Positions 1 through 8,439 of a DNA stretch of 64,000 nucleotides are shown here, piece after piece (positions within the stretch are counted from its first letter, which is position 1; each line of letters starts with the position of its first letter). Below the pieces are notes generated by a model. It worked only from the letters and a program-made list of their open reading frames with translations, made no database searches and was not told where the DNA came from. This DNA comes from Clostridiaceae bacterium (GTDB lineage: Bacteria > Bacillota > Clostridia > Oscillospirales > Acutalibacteraceae): contig JAEDEQ010000002.1 in the NCBI GenBank assembly GCA_016293225.1, forward strand, positions 766 to 64,765, in the 5' to 3' direction. Both the position numbers and the translations under genes were made by a program.

Positions 1-81
1 ATCTGTCAACCGTGCGCGGAAATATTATTGAAAAAACCGCGAAAAAACGTCTTCTTTCACTGAAAAACCCAAAAATAATGC

Positions 82-110
82 TTGACAAACAGCCGGAAGT
101 TTAGTATAAT
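82..110 (+). promoter_or_regulatory. sigma-A type promoter for the ylxM-ffh-rpsP operon
   Basis: TTGACA at 82-87 and TATAAT at 105-110, separated by an exact 17-nt spacer, about 50 nt upstream of the ylxM start. Confidence 0.7.
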
Positions 111-162
111 AGCAAAGCTGTAAAGGAGAATGTCTTTACACTCTCGGCGGGAGGGAAGTTTA

Positions 163-525
163 ATGGCAAAAAATCTTGACGTTACGCTGCTTTTTGACAT
201 CTACGGCGAAATGCTGACCGAAAAGCAACGGGACTTTATTGTTTATTATTATGAAGACGACCTTTCGCTTTCCGAAATTGCCCAGAACGAGGGAATCACG
301 CGCCAGGGCGTCAGGGACGCAATTAAAAGGGCGGAAACGCAGCTTTTCCTTTTTGAGGAAAAGCTCGGCCTTAAAAGGCGCTTTGACGAGCTTAAAAGCG
401 GCCTTGACGAGATAAACCGCATGACCGAAATAATCAATGAGGTCAACATGAAAACAATTCTTTCCCGTGAGATTAACGACGCAACAACGCGCATCGGCGT
501 TATTGTCAAAATGATTTCCGAATAA
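163..525 (+). CDS. ylxM: YlxM/UPF0122 helix-turn-helix protein (SRP operon)
   Basis: LFDIYGEMLTEKQRDFIVYYYEDDLSLSEIAQNEGITRQGVRDAIKRAE matches the YlxM family, and the gene lies directly upstream of ffh. ATG 163 follows a GGGAGGGAAG RBS. The ORF-track start at 130 has its RBS too close. Confidence 0.85.
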   Translation: MAKNLDVTLLFDIYGEMLTEKQRDFIVYYYEDDLSLSEIAQNEGITRQGVRDAIKRAETQLFLFEEKLGLKRRFDELKSGLDEINRMTEIINEVNMKTILSREINDATTRIGVIVKMISE

Positions 526-544
526 TAGTAAAAGGACTGATACA

Positions 545-1921
545 ATGGCATTTGAAGGCCTTTCCGAACGACTTGAAGCCGCGTTCAAGCGGCTTAAAAG
601 CAAGGGCTCGCTCACCGAAAGCGACGTTAAAGACGCCATGAGGGAAGTCCGCCTTGCTTTGCTTGAGGCGGACGTTAACTATAAAGTTGCAAGAGATTTT
701 ACAAAGACCGTTACCGAACGCGCTATCGGCGCAAAGGTTATGGAAAGTCTCACGCCCTCGCAGATGGTCATTAAGATTGTCAACGAAGAGCTGACGAACC
801 TTATGGGCGGAACAAAGGCACGCCTCAATACCGCGAACCATCCGCCGACAATCGTAATGATGTGCGGTCTTCAGGGCTCCGGTAAAACAACTCACAGCGC
901 AAAGCTTGCGCTCATGCTCAAAAACCAGGGTCACAGACCGCTGCTTGTTGCCTGCGACGTTTACCGCCCGGCGGCAATCAAACAGCTTCAGGTTGTCGGC
1001 GAAAAGGCCGGCGTTCCCGTTTTTGAAATGGGGCAGGGCAATCCTGTTGAAATTGCGAAAAATGCCGTTGCGCTTGCAAAGGATCACGGCTATGATTATG
1101 TTTTCCTTGACACGGCAGGCCGCCTGCACGTTGACGAGGAGCTTATGAACGAGCTTAAAAACATTAAAAGTGAGGTTAAGCCCCATGAAATTCTTCTGGT
1201 TGTCGATTCAATGACAGGTCAGGACGCCGTGAATGTTGCAACGTCCTTTAATGAGGCGCTCGGCATCGACGGTCTTATCCTTACAAAGCTTGACGGCGAT
1301 ACAAGGGGCGGTGCGGCGCTCTCCGCAAGGGCGGTAACCGGCAAGCCGATTAAATTTGTCGGTACGGGCGAAAAGCTCGGCGACCTTGACGTTTTCCATC
1401 CGGACAGAATGGCTTCAAGAATTCTCGGTATGGGCGATATGCTTTCGCTTATTGAAAAAGCCGAACAGGAGCTTGACGAAAAAAAGGCAAGGGAGCTTGA
1501 ACAGAAGCTTCGCAAGAACAAATTTGACCTTAACGATCTTCTTGATCAGCTTCAGCAGATGAGGAAGATGGGCTCAATCAAGGATCTTCTCAAAATGATA
1601 CCCGGCGTGGGAAGAAAAATTGATGACGTTGAAGTTGACGAGCGTCAGTTTGACCGTATGCAGGCAATTATCCTTTCAATGACTCCGGGCGAAAGGACAA
1701 AGCCCGATATTATCAATCCCTCAAGAAAGCGCAGGATAGCGGCCGGCTGCGGAATGCAGGTTGAGGACGTTAACCGTCTGCTTTCCCAATACCGCCAGAT
1801 GCAGAAAATGTTCAAGCAGTTCAACGGCAAAACAAGCAAAAAGATGCGCCGCAGAATGATGAACATGCCCGGCATGAACGGCTACGGCGGTCCCGGAGGT
1901 CCGGCCGGCTTCCCGATGTAA
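545..1921 (+). CDS. ffh: signal recognition particle protein Ffh
   Basis: Contains the [10 protein letters not shown]-loop, DTAGR, TKLDGD and a Met-rich M domain ([13 protein letters not shown]). Confidence 0.97.
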   Translation: MAFEGLSERLEAAFKRLKSKGSLTESDVKDAMREVRLALLEADVNYKVARDFTKTVTERAIGAKVMESLTPSQMVIKIVNEELTNLMGGTKARLNTANHPPTIVMMCGLQGSGKTTHSAKLALMLKNQGHRPLLVACDVYRPAAIKQLQVVGEKAGVPVFEMGQGNPVEIAKNAVALAKDHGYDYVFLDTAGRLHVDEELMNELKNIKSEVKPHEILLVVDSMTGQDAVNVATSFNEALGIDGLILTKLDGDTRGGAALSARAVTGKPIKFVGTGEKLGDLDVFHPDRMASRILGMGDMLSLIEKAEQELDEKKARELEQKLRKNKFDLNDLLDQLQQMRKMGSIKDLLKMIPGVGRKIDDVEVDERQFDRMQAIILSMTPGERTKPDIINPSRKRRIAAGCGMQVEDVNRLLSQYRQMQKMFKQFNGKTSKKMRRRMMNMPGMNGYGGPGGPAGFPM

Positions 1922-2019
1922 GGGCAAAGCATATTTTCAGTAAACAACACGCCTTAAAAACCAAATATAATGCGTGTTCAATAAATTATTATTTTATATA
2001 TTTTTTGGAGGTAACAAAA

Positions 2020-2265
2020 ATGGCAGTTAAAATCAGACTTCGCCGCATGGGTGCAAAGAAGGCGCCTTTCTACCGTGTTGTTGTTGCGGATTCAAGATAT
2101 CCCCGCGACGGACGTTTCATTGAGGAAATCGGTTATTACAACCCCATGAAGGAGCCGGCAGACATTAAGATTGACGGCGAAAAAGCACAGAAGTGGATTG
2201 CTAACGGCGCTCAGCCCACCGATACCGTTAAGGCTCTTCTTAAAAAGTGCGACATCATTAAATAA
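2020..2265 (+). CDS. rpsP: 30S ribosomal protein S16
   Basis: [26 protein letters not shown] matches S16. A GGAGG RBS at 2007-2011 precedes ATG 2020. Confidence 0.95.
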   Translation: MAVKIRLRRMGAKKAPFYRVVVADSRYPRDGRFIEEIGYYNPMKEPADIKIDGEKAQKWIANGAQPTDTVKALLKKCDIIK

Positions 2266-2282
2266 GTTTGGAGGTACTCGCC

Positions 2283-2516
2283 TTGAAAGAGTTACTCATT
2301 ACAATCGCGGCCGGCCTTGTTGACGAGCCGGAAAAGGTAACTGTTGATGTTGACGATATCAACGATGAAGGCGTCATTGTTTATCACCTTCATGTTGCTG
2401 CCGACGATATGGGCAGAGTTATCGGAAAGCAGGGCAGAATCGCAAAGGCTATCCGGACTGTTATGCGTGCAACCGCCAACAGGAATAATCAGAAGATCAT
2501 GGTTGAAATTGATTGA
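2283..2516 (+). CDS. KH-domain RNA-binding protein (YlqC family)
   Basis: Contains the MGRVIGKQGRIAKAIRTV KH motif and holds the conserved position after rpsP. A TTG start at 2283 after GGAGG is likely; the ORF-track start is 2268. Confidence 0.85.
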   Translation: MKELLITIAAGLVDEPEKVTVDVDDINDEGVIVYHLHVAADDMGRVIGKQGRIAKAIRTVMRATANRNNQKIMVEID

Positions 2517-2524
2517 CGGAATAC

Positions 2525-2561
2525 GGGAAATTGCGTTTTGCAGTTTCCCTTTTCTCTTTTT
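2525..2561 (+). terminator. intrinsic terminator after the rpsP-KH genes
   Basis: GGGAAATTGC (2525-2534) pairs with GCAGTTTCCC (2540-2549) with one G-U pair, and is followed by TTTTCTCTTTTT. Confidence 0.7.
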
Positions 2562-2577
2562 CGACAAATTGTTGCTA

Positions 2578-2607
2578 TTGACATATCTTTATGATGAGTG
2601 TTAAAAT
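2578..2607 (+). promoter_or_regulatory. candidate sigma-A promoter for the phosphoglucomutase gene
   Basis: TTGACA at 2578-2583 and an extended -10 (TGtTAAAAT) ending at 2607, with an 18-nt spacer. Confidence 0.5.
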
Positions 2608-2639
2608 AATCGTTGAAGAAAACTGGTGGAGGTTTTTTT

Positions 2640-4355
2640 ATGAATGACATAAATGCTCTGTATTCACTTTGGTGCGAAAAGGCTGCCATAGATCCCGATC
2701 TTAAAAAAGAGCTTTCCTCAATAGACGGAAAAGCAGAGGAGATTAATGACAGATTTTACAGAAACCTTGAGTTCGGCACCGCCGGACTTCGCGGTATCAT
2801 CGGCGCCGGAACGAACAGAATGAATGTTTATACCGTTAATCAGGCAACGCAGGGTCTGGCTTCATATCTTCTCAGTGAATATGATTCGCCGTCGGTTGCC
2901 ATTGCGTATGATTCGAGAATCAAGTCAACCGATTTTGCAAAGAGCGCCGCAGGCGTGCTTGCCGGCAACGGAATCAAGGTTTATATCTATCCCGAGCTTG
3001 TGCCTACCCCGATGCTTTCCTTCGCTGTCAGGGAGCTTAAATGCAAGGGAGGAATAATCATCACCGCAAGCCATAACCCCGCAGAATACAACGGCTATAA
3101 GTGCTATGACCCCGAGGGCTATCAGATGACGGACGAGGCGGCTGCCAGAACCTACGATTTCATTCAGAAAACGGATATGTTCTCCGGCGTTAAGTCAATG
3201 GATTTTGACAAAGCGGTTGAAAGCGGCCTTGTTGAATATATCGGCGACGACATTGTTCAGAAGTTTTATGACTGCGTTGAAAAATGCTGCCTTTCAAAGG
3301 ACATTACGGCAAGAACGGATCTTCGCGTAATTTATACGCCGCTCAACGGAACCGGAAACAAGCATGTGCGTGCAATGCTCAAGCGTATCGGAATCAGAAA
3401 TGTCAGCGTTGTTAAAGAGCAGGAAAACCCGGACGGAAACTTCCCGACCTGCCCTTATCCCAATCCCGAGATCAAGCAGGTTTTTGAATGTGCCGTCAAA
3501 ATGACCGAGCAGGAAAAGGCCGATTTGCTGCTTGCGACCGATCCCGACTGCGACAGAGTCGGAATTGCCGTGCTTGACAACGGCGAGTACAAGCTCATGA
3601 CAGGCAATGAAGTGGGCGTACTCCTTGCCGAATATCTCCTTTCAAGGAGGATGGAACTTGGAACACTGCCGAAAAACGCAGTTGTTGTCAAGTCCTTTGT
3701 AACTACGGATCTTGTTGACGTTGTTTGCAAAAAGTACGGCGCTTCGGTCAAAAAGCTGCTCACCGGCTTCAAGTATATCGGCGAATACATCACTGAGCTT
3801 GAAGCAAAGGGCGAAGCCGACCGCTTTATTGTCGGAATGGAGGAAAGCTACGGCTATCTTTCCGGCATTCACGCAAGGGATAAGGACGCGGTTGTTGCTT
3901 CAACTCTTATCTGCGAAATGGCTGCTTACTACAAGGAAAAGGGCATAAGCCTTTATGAAAAGATGCAGGAAATCTACTCGGAGCACGGCTATTATCTCAA
4001 TCGTGTTGAAAGCTTTGAATTCAAGGGCAAAACGGGTATGGAAAAAATGGCGCAGATTATGGAAAGGCTCAGGAACAACAGACCTTCCTCTGTTGCCGGC
4101 TATGAAGTTCTTGAGGTTTCGGACTATAAAAAGAGCGAAACGCTCTGCTGCAAAACCGGTTCTGTTACAAGGATTGACCTGCCGAAGTCAAATGTACTTT
4201 CCTTTGCGCTTGAAAAGGCCAACGGAGTTATTATCCGTCCGAGCGGAACCGAACCGAAAATCAAGGCCTATTTCACTGCAAGAGGAAAGATAATGGACGA
4301 AGCGGAAAAAATCTTTGCTTCGCTTTCCGAGGACATGAAGCAGTATCTGAAATAA
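2640..4355 (+). CDS. pgcA: phosphoglucomutase / alpha-D-phosphohexomutase (PgcA type)
   Basis: Contains the TASHNPAEYNGYK phosphoserine loop, the DPDCDR metal site and GEESYG-like MEESYGY. ATG 2640 follows GGTGGAGG. Confidence 0.9.
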   Translation: MNDINALYSLWCEKAAIDPDLKKELSSIDGKAEEINDRFYRNLEFGTAGLRGIIGAGTNRMNVYTVNQATQGLASYLLSEYDSPSVAIAYDSRIKSTDFAKSAAGVLAGNGIKVYIYPELVPTPMLSFAVRELKCKGGIIITASHNPAEYNGYKCYDPEGYQMTDEAAARTYDFIQKTDMFSGVKSMDFDKAVESGLVEYIGDDIVQKFYDCVEKCCLSKDITARTDLRVIYTPLNGTGNKHVRAMLKRIGIRNVSVVKEQENPDGNFPTCPYPNPEIKQVFECAVKMTEQEKADLLLATDPDCDRVGIAVLDNGEYKLMTGNEVGVLLAEYLLSRRMELGTLPKNAVVVKSFVTTDLVDVVCKKYGASVKKLLTGFKYIGEYITELEAKGEADRFIVGMEESYGYLSGIHARDKDAVVASTLICEMAAYYKEKGISLYEKMQEIYSEHGYYLNRVESFEFKGKTGMEKMAQIMERLRNNRPSSVAGYEVLEVSDYKKSETLCCKTGSVTRIDLPKSNVLSFALEKANGVIIRPSGTEPKIKAYFTARGKIMDEAEKIFASLSEDMKQYLK

Positions 4356-4378
4356 AAACAAAAGGAAGGTAAGCAATA

Positions 4379-4618
4379 ATGTTTCCGAAAAAAATGGTTA
4401 AAGTAATCTGTCTTGTTCTTGCGGCGCTTATGATTCTCAGCGGAGTTGCCGTCCTTATTCAGGTCTTTGCCGCCGATGCTGCGGCAATCAGCGCAACCGC
4501 TACTCCCAAGACAGGTGAAAATGATATGGACACAATCGTTCCCATAGCCCTGATTGCTGCGGCGGTGCTGGCGATTGCCGCGTGTCTTATTCTGCCGAAG
4601 ATAAAAAAGAAGAAGTAA
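4379..4618 (+). CDS. 79-aa protein made of a signal peptide plus an LPXTG-like cell-wall sorting signal
   Basis: N-terminal signal sequence (MFPKKMVKVICLVLAALMILSGVAVLIQVFA/AD), TPKTG at aa 42-46, then a hydrophobic helix and a KIKKKK tail. RBS AAGGAAGG is upstream. Confidence 0.65.
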   Translation: MFPKKMVKVICLVLAALMILSGVAVLIQVFAADAAAISATATPKTGENDMDTIVPIALIAAAVLAIAACLILPKIKKKK

Positions 4619-4640
4619 CAGTCAACACAAATTATATAAC

Positions 4641-4687
4641 TGCCGACCTTTTGTTAAAAATCGCCAAAAGGCCGGCAAAATTTTTTT
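4641..4687 (+). terminator. intrinsic terminator
   Basis: TGCCGACCTTTTG pairs with CAAAAGGCCGGCA (one mismatch) and is followed by AAAATTTTTTT. Confidence 0.75.
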
Positions 4688-4785
4688 CGTGTAATTTAAT
4701 TGTTTTTCCTTGTAAATGCTTTTGGCTGATGTTAGAATTATAATCAGTATCAAGCGGCTCAGGCCGCTTTTTTTGGAGGATTAGC

Positions 4786-6714
4786 ATGAAAAAATTAATT
4801 TCGGCGCTTCTTTGCTTCGTTTTGCTGCTTTCTTCGGTCTGCGTGGCGTCGGCAGGCTTTGACAAAAGCGAGTACAACGGCTATCCGGTCATTGTTGTTG
4901 CGGGCTATAGCTCTTCCGCTCAGTACCGTATTGATGAAAACGGAAACAAGGTTCATGTCTGGGGCATTGACATGAACGAGATCATTGCGGCCGTTTTCAA
5001 AAATATTGTTAAGATTGGCATTGACATAGGAGCTCTTGCCACCGGCAACGGCAAGGCTCTCGGCGAAACTGTGGGCAAGGAGTTTGTAAAGCTGTATTAC
5101 GACATGGCGTGCAATCCTGACGGCTCAAGCGTCTATCCGCTTCAGAGATACTGCGTTACCGCCGAGGAAAGCAACAGGGCCGCAATGCTCAAAAAATATG
5201 ACGGAGATCTTATCTATCAGCACGAAACCGAGATTATGGGCGAATATGCTCAGTATATCGGCGATGAAAACATCTATAACTTTAACTGCGATTTCAGAAT
5301 GGGCGCTGTGTTCTGTGCAAAGCAGCTTGATGAATTCATTCAGTCGGTCAAAGAGTATTCCGGAAAGGATAAGGTCAACATTTTTGCCGTTTCCCACGGA
5401 GGTCAGGTCACCGGTACATATCTCACTCTCTACGGCGAAAAGGGAGACGTCAACAATGCCGTAATGACCGTTCCGGCACTCGGAGGAGCAGGTATTGCGT
5501 ACAATCTTCTTGCAGATAATATTGAATTTGATGAAGAATGTCTCATGCGCTTTGTTGAGCACGGAATGATGTTTGAGACCGACTTCAACTGGCTTCTCCG
5601 TGCAAATGAGCTCGGCTTTCTTGATGAGGTTCTCAACACACTTGCTCCCTATGCGCGGCAGATCCTCGGCTATTGGGGCAGTATCTGGGATTTTTGCCCT
5701 ACTGAGTTTTACGAGGAAATGAAAGCGAAGAACCTTGACCCCGTAGCAAGCGCCGAGCTTATCAAAAAAAGCGACTATATGCACTATGAGGTGATGCCGG
5801 ACTTTGCAAACGGCTTCAGGCGTGCTCAGGCTGCCGGTACCGATGTTTATATCGTTGCAGGCTATGACAACAGGATTGTTACAGGCCTCAACCAGAGCTC
5901 GGACGGAATAATCACCGTCAATTCTTCAACCGGAGCAACGGCGGCGCCTTTGGGCAAGCGCTTTTCGGACGGTTATATCCAGAAAGTTGACACGGGCTTT
6001 TATCAGGTTTCGCCGTCAATGACGGTTGACGCCTCAACATCGTATCTTCCGAATCATACATGGTTTGTTGAAAACTTTTTCCACGGTATGATTTATAAAG
6101 ATCCGTATACAGCAGAGCTTCTTAAAACGCTGCTGCTTACCGAAAAAATCAAGGACGTTCATTCGTCGGCGGATTATCCGCAGTTCCATGCAACAACAAA
6201 CAAGTCCCATTCGGTTCACGCAATGTTCAACAACAGCACCGAGGGCTATGTTTGCTCAAAGGATACCGCGGTAATCATTACAAACCTTTCGGAAAAATAC
6301 AAGATGAAGCTTGCTTCCGTTTCGGCGCGCGGAGTTGACCTCGGTTTTTCGGACTCGGTCTTTACAAAAGTGCTCAAGCCCGGAGAGAGCGTTGAGATTA
6401 AGTTCACGGGGAAAATTCCGGAGCTTTCGCTCGCAAATTTCGATCTTGTTGTTGACTATACGCTTATAGGCAGTGCAACGCCGCTTGGCGAAAGACTCTT
6501 CAACTTTACCATAATGAACGGCGAAAAAGTGAAATATGACGCGGAAAATCCTTATGTTTCCGCAAACCTTGTCAGCGATTTTAATAAACTCCTTGACAAA
6601 AACAGTGATAATATTCTTACCAAAACAGGCAGCAAAACTTTTTTTGAAATGCTCTATAATATCATCCGGCCGTTCGTAAAATTCCTTGTTGAATTTATCG
6701 GAAAGATGAAATAA
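4786..6714 (+). CDS. secreted alpha/beta-hydrolase (lipase/esterase-like)
   Basis: Signal peptide MKKLISALLCFVLLLSSVCVASA and a nucleophile elbow FAVSHGGQ (AxSxG, as in Bacillus-type lipases). The large C-terminal region was not recognised. Confidence 0.6.
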   Translation: MKKLISALLCFVLLLSSVCVASAGFDKSEYNGYPVIVVAGYSSSAQYRIDENGNKVHVWGIDMNEIIAAVFKNIVKIGIDIGALATGNGKALGETVGKEFVKLYYDMACNPDGSSVYPLQRYCVTAEESNRAAMLKKYDGDLIYQHETEIMGEYAQYIGDENIYNFNCDFRMGAVFCAKQLDEFIQSVKEYSGKDKVNIFAVSHGGQVTGTYLTLYGEKGDVNNAVMTVPALGGAGIAYNLLADNIEFDEECLMRFVEHGMMFETDFNWLLRANELGFLDEVLNTLAPYARQILGYWGSIWDFCPTEFYEEMKAKNLDPVASAELIKKSDYMHYEVMPDFANGFRRAQAAGTDVYIVAGYDNRIVTGLNQSSDGIITVNSSTGATAAPLGKRFSDGYIQKVDTGFYQVSPSMTVDASTSYLPNHTWFVENFFHGMIYKDPYTAELLKTLLLTEKIKDVHSSADYPQFHATTNKSHSVHAMFNNSTEGYVCSKDTAVIITNLSEKYKMKLASVSARGVDLGFSDSVFTKVLKPGESVEIKFTGKIPELSLANFDLVVDYTLIGSATPLGERLFNFTIMNGEKVKYDAENPYVSANLVSDFNKLLDKNSDNILTKTGSKTFFEMLYNIIRPFVKFLVEFIGKMK

Positions 6715-6888
6715 CTGCTAAATAAACTGTTAAATAAATTAATATTTTTTTTACAGTTTTTGTAGAATTCTCCTGTGAGATGTGTTATATTTTAGTTAAT
6801 AAGGCAGGCTGCCGCAATAATTTCCGTTCGGTATTATTGCGGCTGCCCGGAACAGTCTTATGAAAAAATGAATGGAGGCGTTTTACCT

Positions 6889-8046
6889 ATGATTATCGGA
6901 ATCCCAAAAGAAATTATGCATGAAGAAGACCGTGTTGCGGCAACTCCGGACACCGTCAAAGCGTACGTAGCTCTCGGCGCTGATGTTCTTGTTGAAAAAA
7001 ATGCCGGCGTCGGCGCACATTTCACCGATGAACAATATGCTGCAGCAGGTGCAAAAATAATTCCCGACGTTGCAGAGCTTTATGACCGGGCTGAAGTTAT
7101 TCTCAAGGTAAAAGAGCCTCTGTTTAACGATGCAAAGGGCAAGCATGAAGTTGACATGATGCACGCAGGTCAATATCTTATCACGTTCATTCATCCTGCC
7201 TCACCCGTCAATCATCAGATGGTCAAAAATCTTGCGGCAAAGGGCGTTATTTCGATAACTCTTGACGGTATTCCCCGTATTTCAAGGGCGCAGTCAATGG
7301 ACGCACTCACCTCGATGAGTACCTGCGCGGGCTATAAGGGTATGATTATGGCTGCGGACAGACTTCCGTGGTTCATTCCGATGACCGCATGTGCAGTCGG
7401 AGTTATCAAGCCGGCAAAGATCCTTGTTCTCGGCGCGGGCGTTGCCGGAATGCAGGCTCTTGCAACCGGAAAACGTCTCGGCGGCGTTATCCATGCCGCT
7501 GATATCAGACCTATGGGTCAGGAAAACGCTCTTTCGCTCGGTGCAAAGATAATTGACCTCGGAATTGACCCGGCTCTTGCGGTCGGCGAGGGCGGCTATG
7601 CGCTTCGCCTTCCCGATGATGTTCTTGAGGGCGAAAGAGAAACCCTTGCAAAGGTACTTCCGGAAATGGACATCGTTTTCTGCTCGGCTCTTATTCCCGG
7701 AAAGCTTGCTCCTATCCTCATCACCGAGGAAATGGTCAAGAGCATGAAGCCCGGTTCGGTTATCGTTGATATCTCAATCGACCAGGGCGGCAACTGCGAA
7801 ATTACTCCCAAGGGCGATATAGAAGTCAAGCACGGCGTTACCATTATCGGAACGAAGAATATTCCCGGCATACTTCCCACAAGCTCAACCTGGATGTTTG
7901 CAAACAATATGCTTGAGCTTGTGAAGTTCATGACAAAGGACGGCAAGATCGTTCTTGATATGGATGATGTAATAATCAAATCTGCACTCACAACGATCGA
8001 CGGAAAAATTGTTCACGCCGGTGCGCTTGAGGCTATGGGTCTTTAA
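6889..8046 (+). CDS. pntAA: NAD(P) transhydrogenase subunit alpha part 1 (dI, NAD(H)-binding)
   Basis: Alanine dehydrogenase/PNT fold with Rossmann motif VLGAGVAGMQA. Followed by pntAB and pntB. Confidence 0.9.
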   Translation: MIIGIPKEIMHEEDRVAATPDTVKAYVALGADVLVEKNAGVGAHFTDEQYAAAGAKIIPDVAELYDRAEVILKVKEPLFNDAKGKHEVDMMHAGQYLITFIHPASPVNHQMVKNLAAKGVISITLDGIPRISRAQSMDALTSMSTCAGYKGMIMAADRLPWFIPMTACAVGVIKPAKILVLGAGVAGMQALATGKRLGGVIHAADIRPMGQENALSLGAKIIDLGIDPALAVGEGGYALRLPDDVLEGERETLAKVLPEMDIVFCSALIPGKLAPILITEEMVKSMKPGSVIVDISIDQGGNCEITPKGDIEVKHGVTIIGTKNIPGILPTSSTWMFANNMLELVKFMTKDGKIVLDMDDVIIKSALTTIDGKIVHAGALEAMGL

Positions 8047-8067
8047 TCTGACCTTTCCACGCAAAGC

Positions 8068-8101
8068 AGCGCGGCTTCGCTTTTCTGAAGCCGCGCTTTT
8101 T
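8068..8101 (+). terminator. terminator-like hairpin inside the pnt operon (between pntAA and pntAB)
   Basis: Perfect 11-bp stem AGCGCGGCTTC (8068-8078) / GAAGCCGCGCT (8087-8097), an 8-nt loop, then a run of five T (8097-8101, its first T is also the last base of the 3' stem arm). Confidence 0.6.
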
Positions 8102-8130
8102 CAAATCAGAACAGGGGGAGTTTGATAATT

Positions 8131-8439
8131 ATGACCATGAAAATTATTCTTGTTGCCGTCTTTTTGGTATCAATGCTTGTCGGCTACAAGCTTATCAACA
8201 ATGTGCCGAGTCTGCTCCACACGCCGCTTATGTCAGGCATGAATGCGCTTTCGGGCGTTACGGTTCTCGGCGCAATTTCATCAACCGTTATTGCTGTCAG
8301 AGCCGATGAACCCGTTATCGGATATATTTTCGGTTCGCTTGCTCTTATTCTTGCAATGGTAAATGTTGTCGGCGGCTTCGGTGTTACCGGACGTATGCTC
8401 AAAATGTTCAAGTCAAAGGAAAAGGGAGGTAAAAAGTGA
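8131..8439 (+). CDS. pntAB: NAD(P) transhydrogenase subunit alpha part 2 (membrane, dII helices)
   Basis: Roughly 100-aa polytopic protein containing LHTPLMSGMNALSG. ATG 8131 follows GGGGGAG. Confidence 0.88.
   Translation: MTMKIILVAVFLVSMLVGYKLINNVPSLLHTPLMSGMNALSGVTVLGAISSTVIAVRADEPVIGYIFGSLALILAMVNVVGGFGVTGRMLKMFKSKEKGGKK

Noticed and set aside
506-1186. A 226-aa minus-strand ORF opposite ffh. Similar long antisense ORFs occur at 5125-5784, 43703-44269, 46673-47287 and 32302-32859.
   Set aside because: All lie fully inside confidently identified + strand genes, with no motifs or translation signals. I treat them as spurious.
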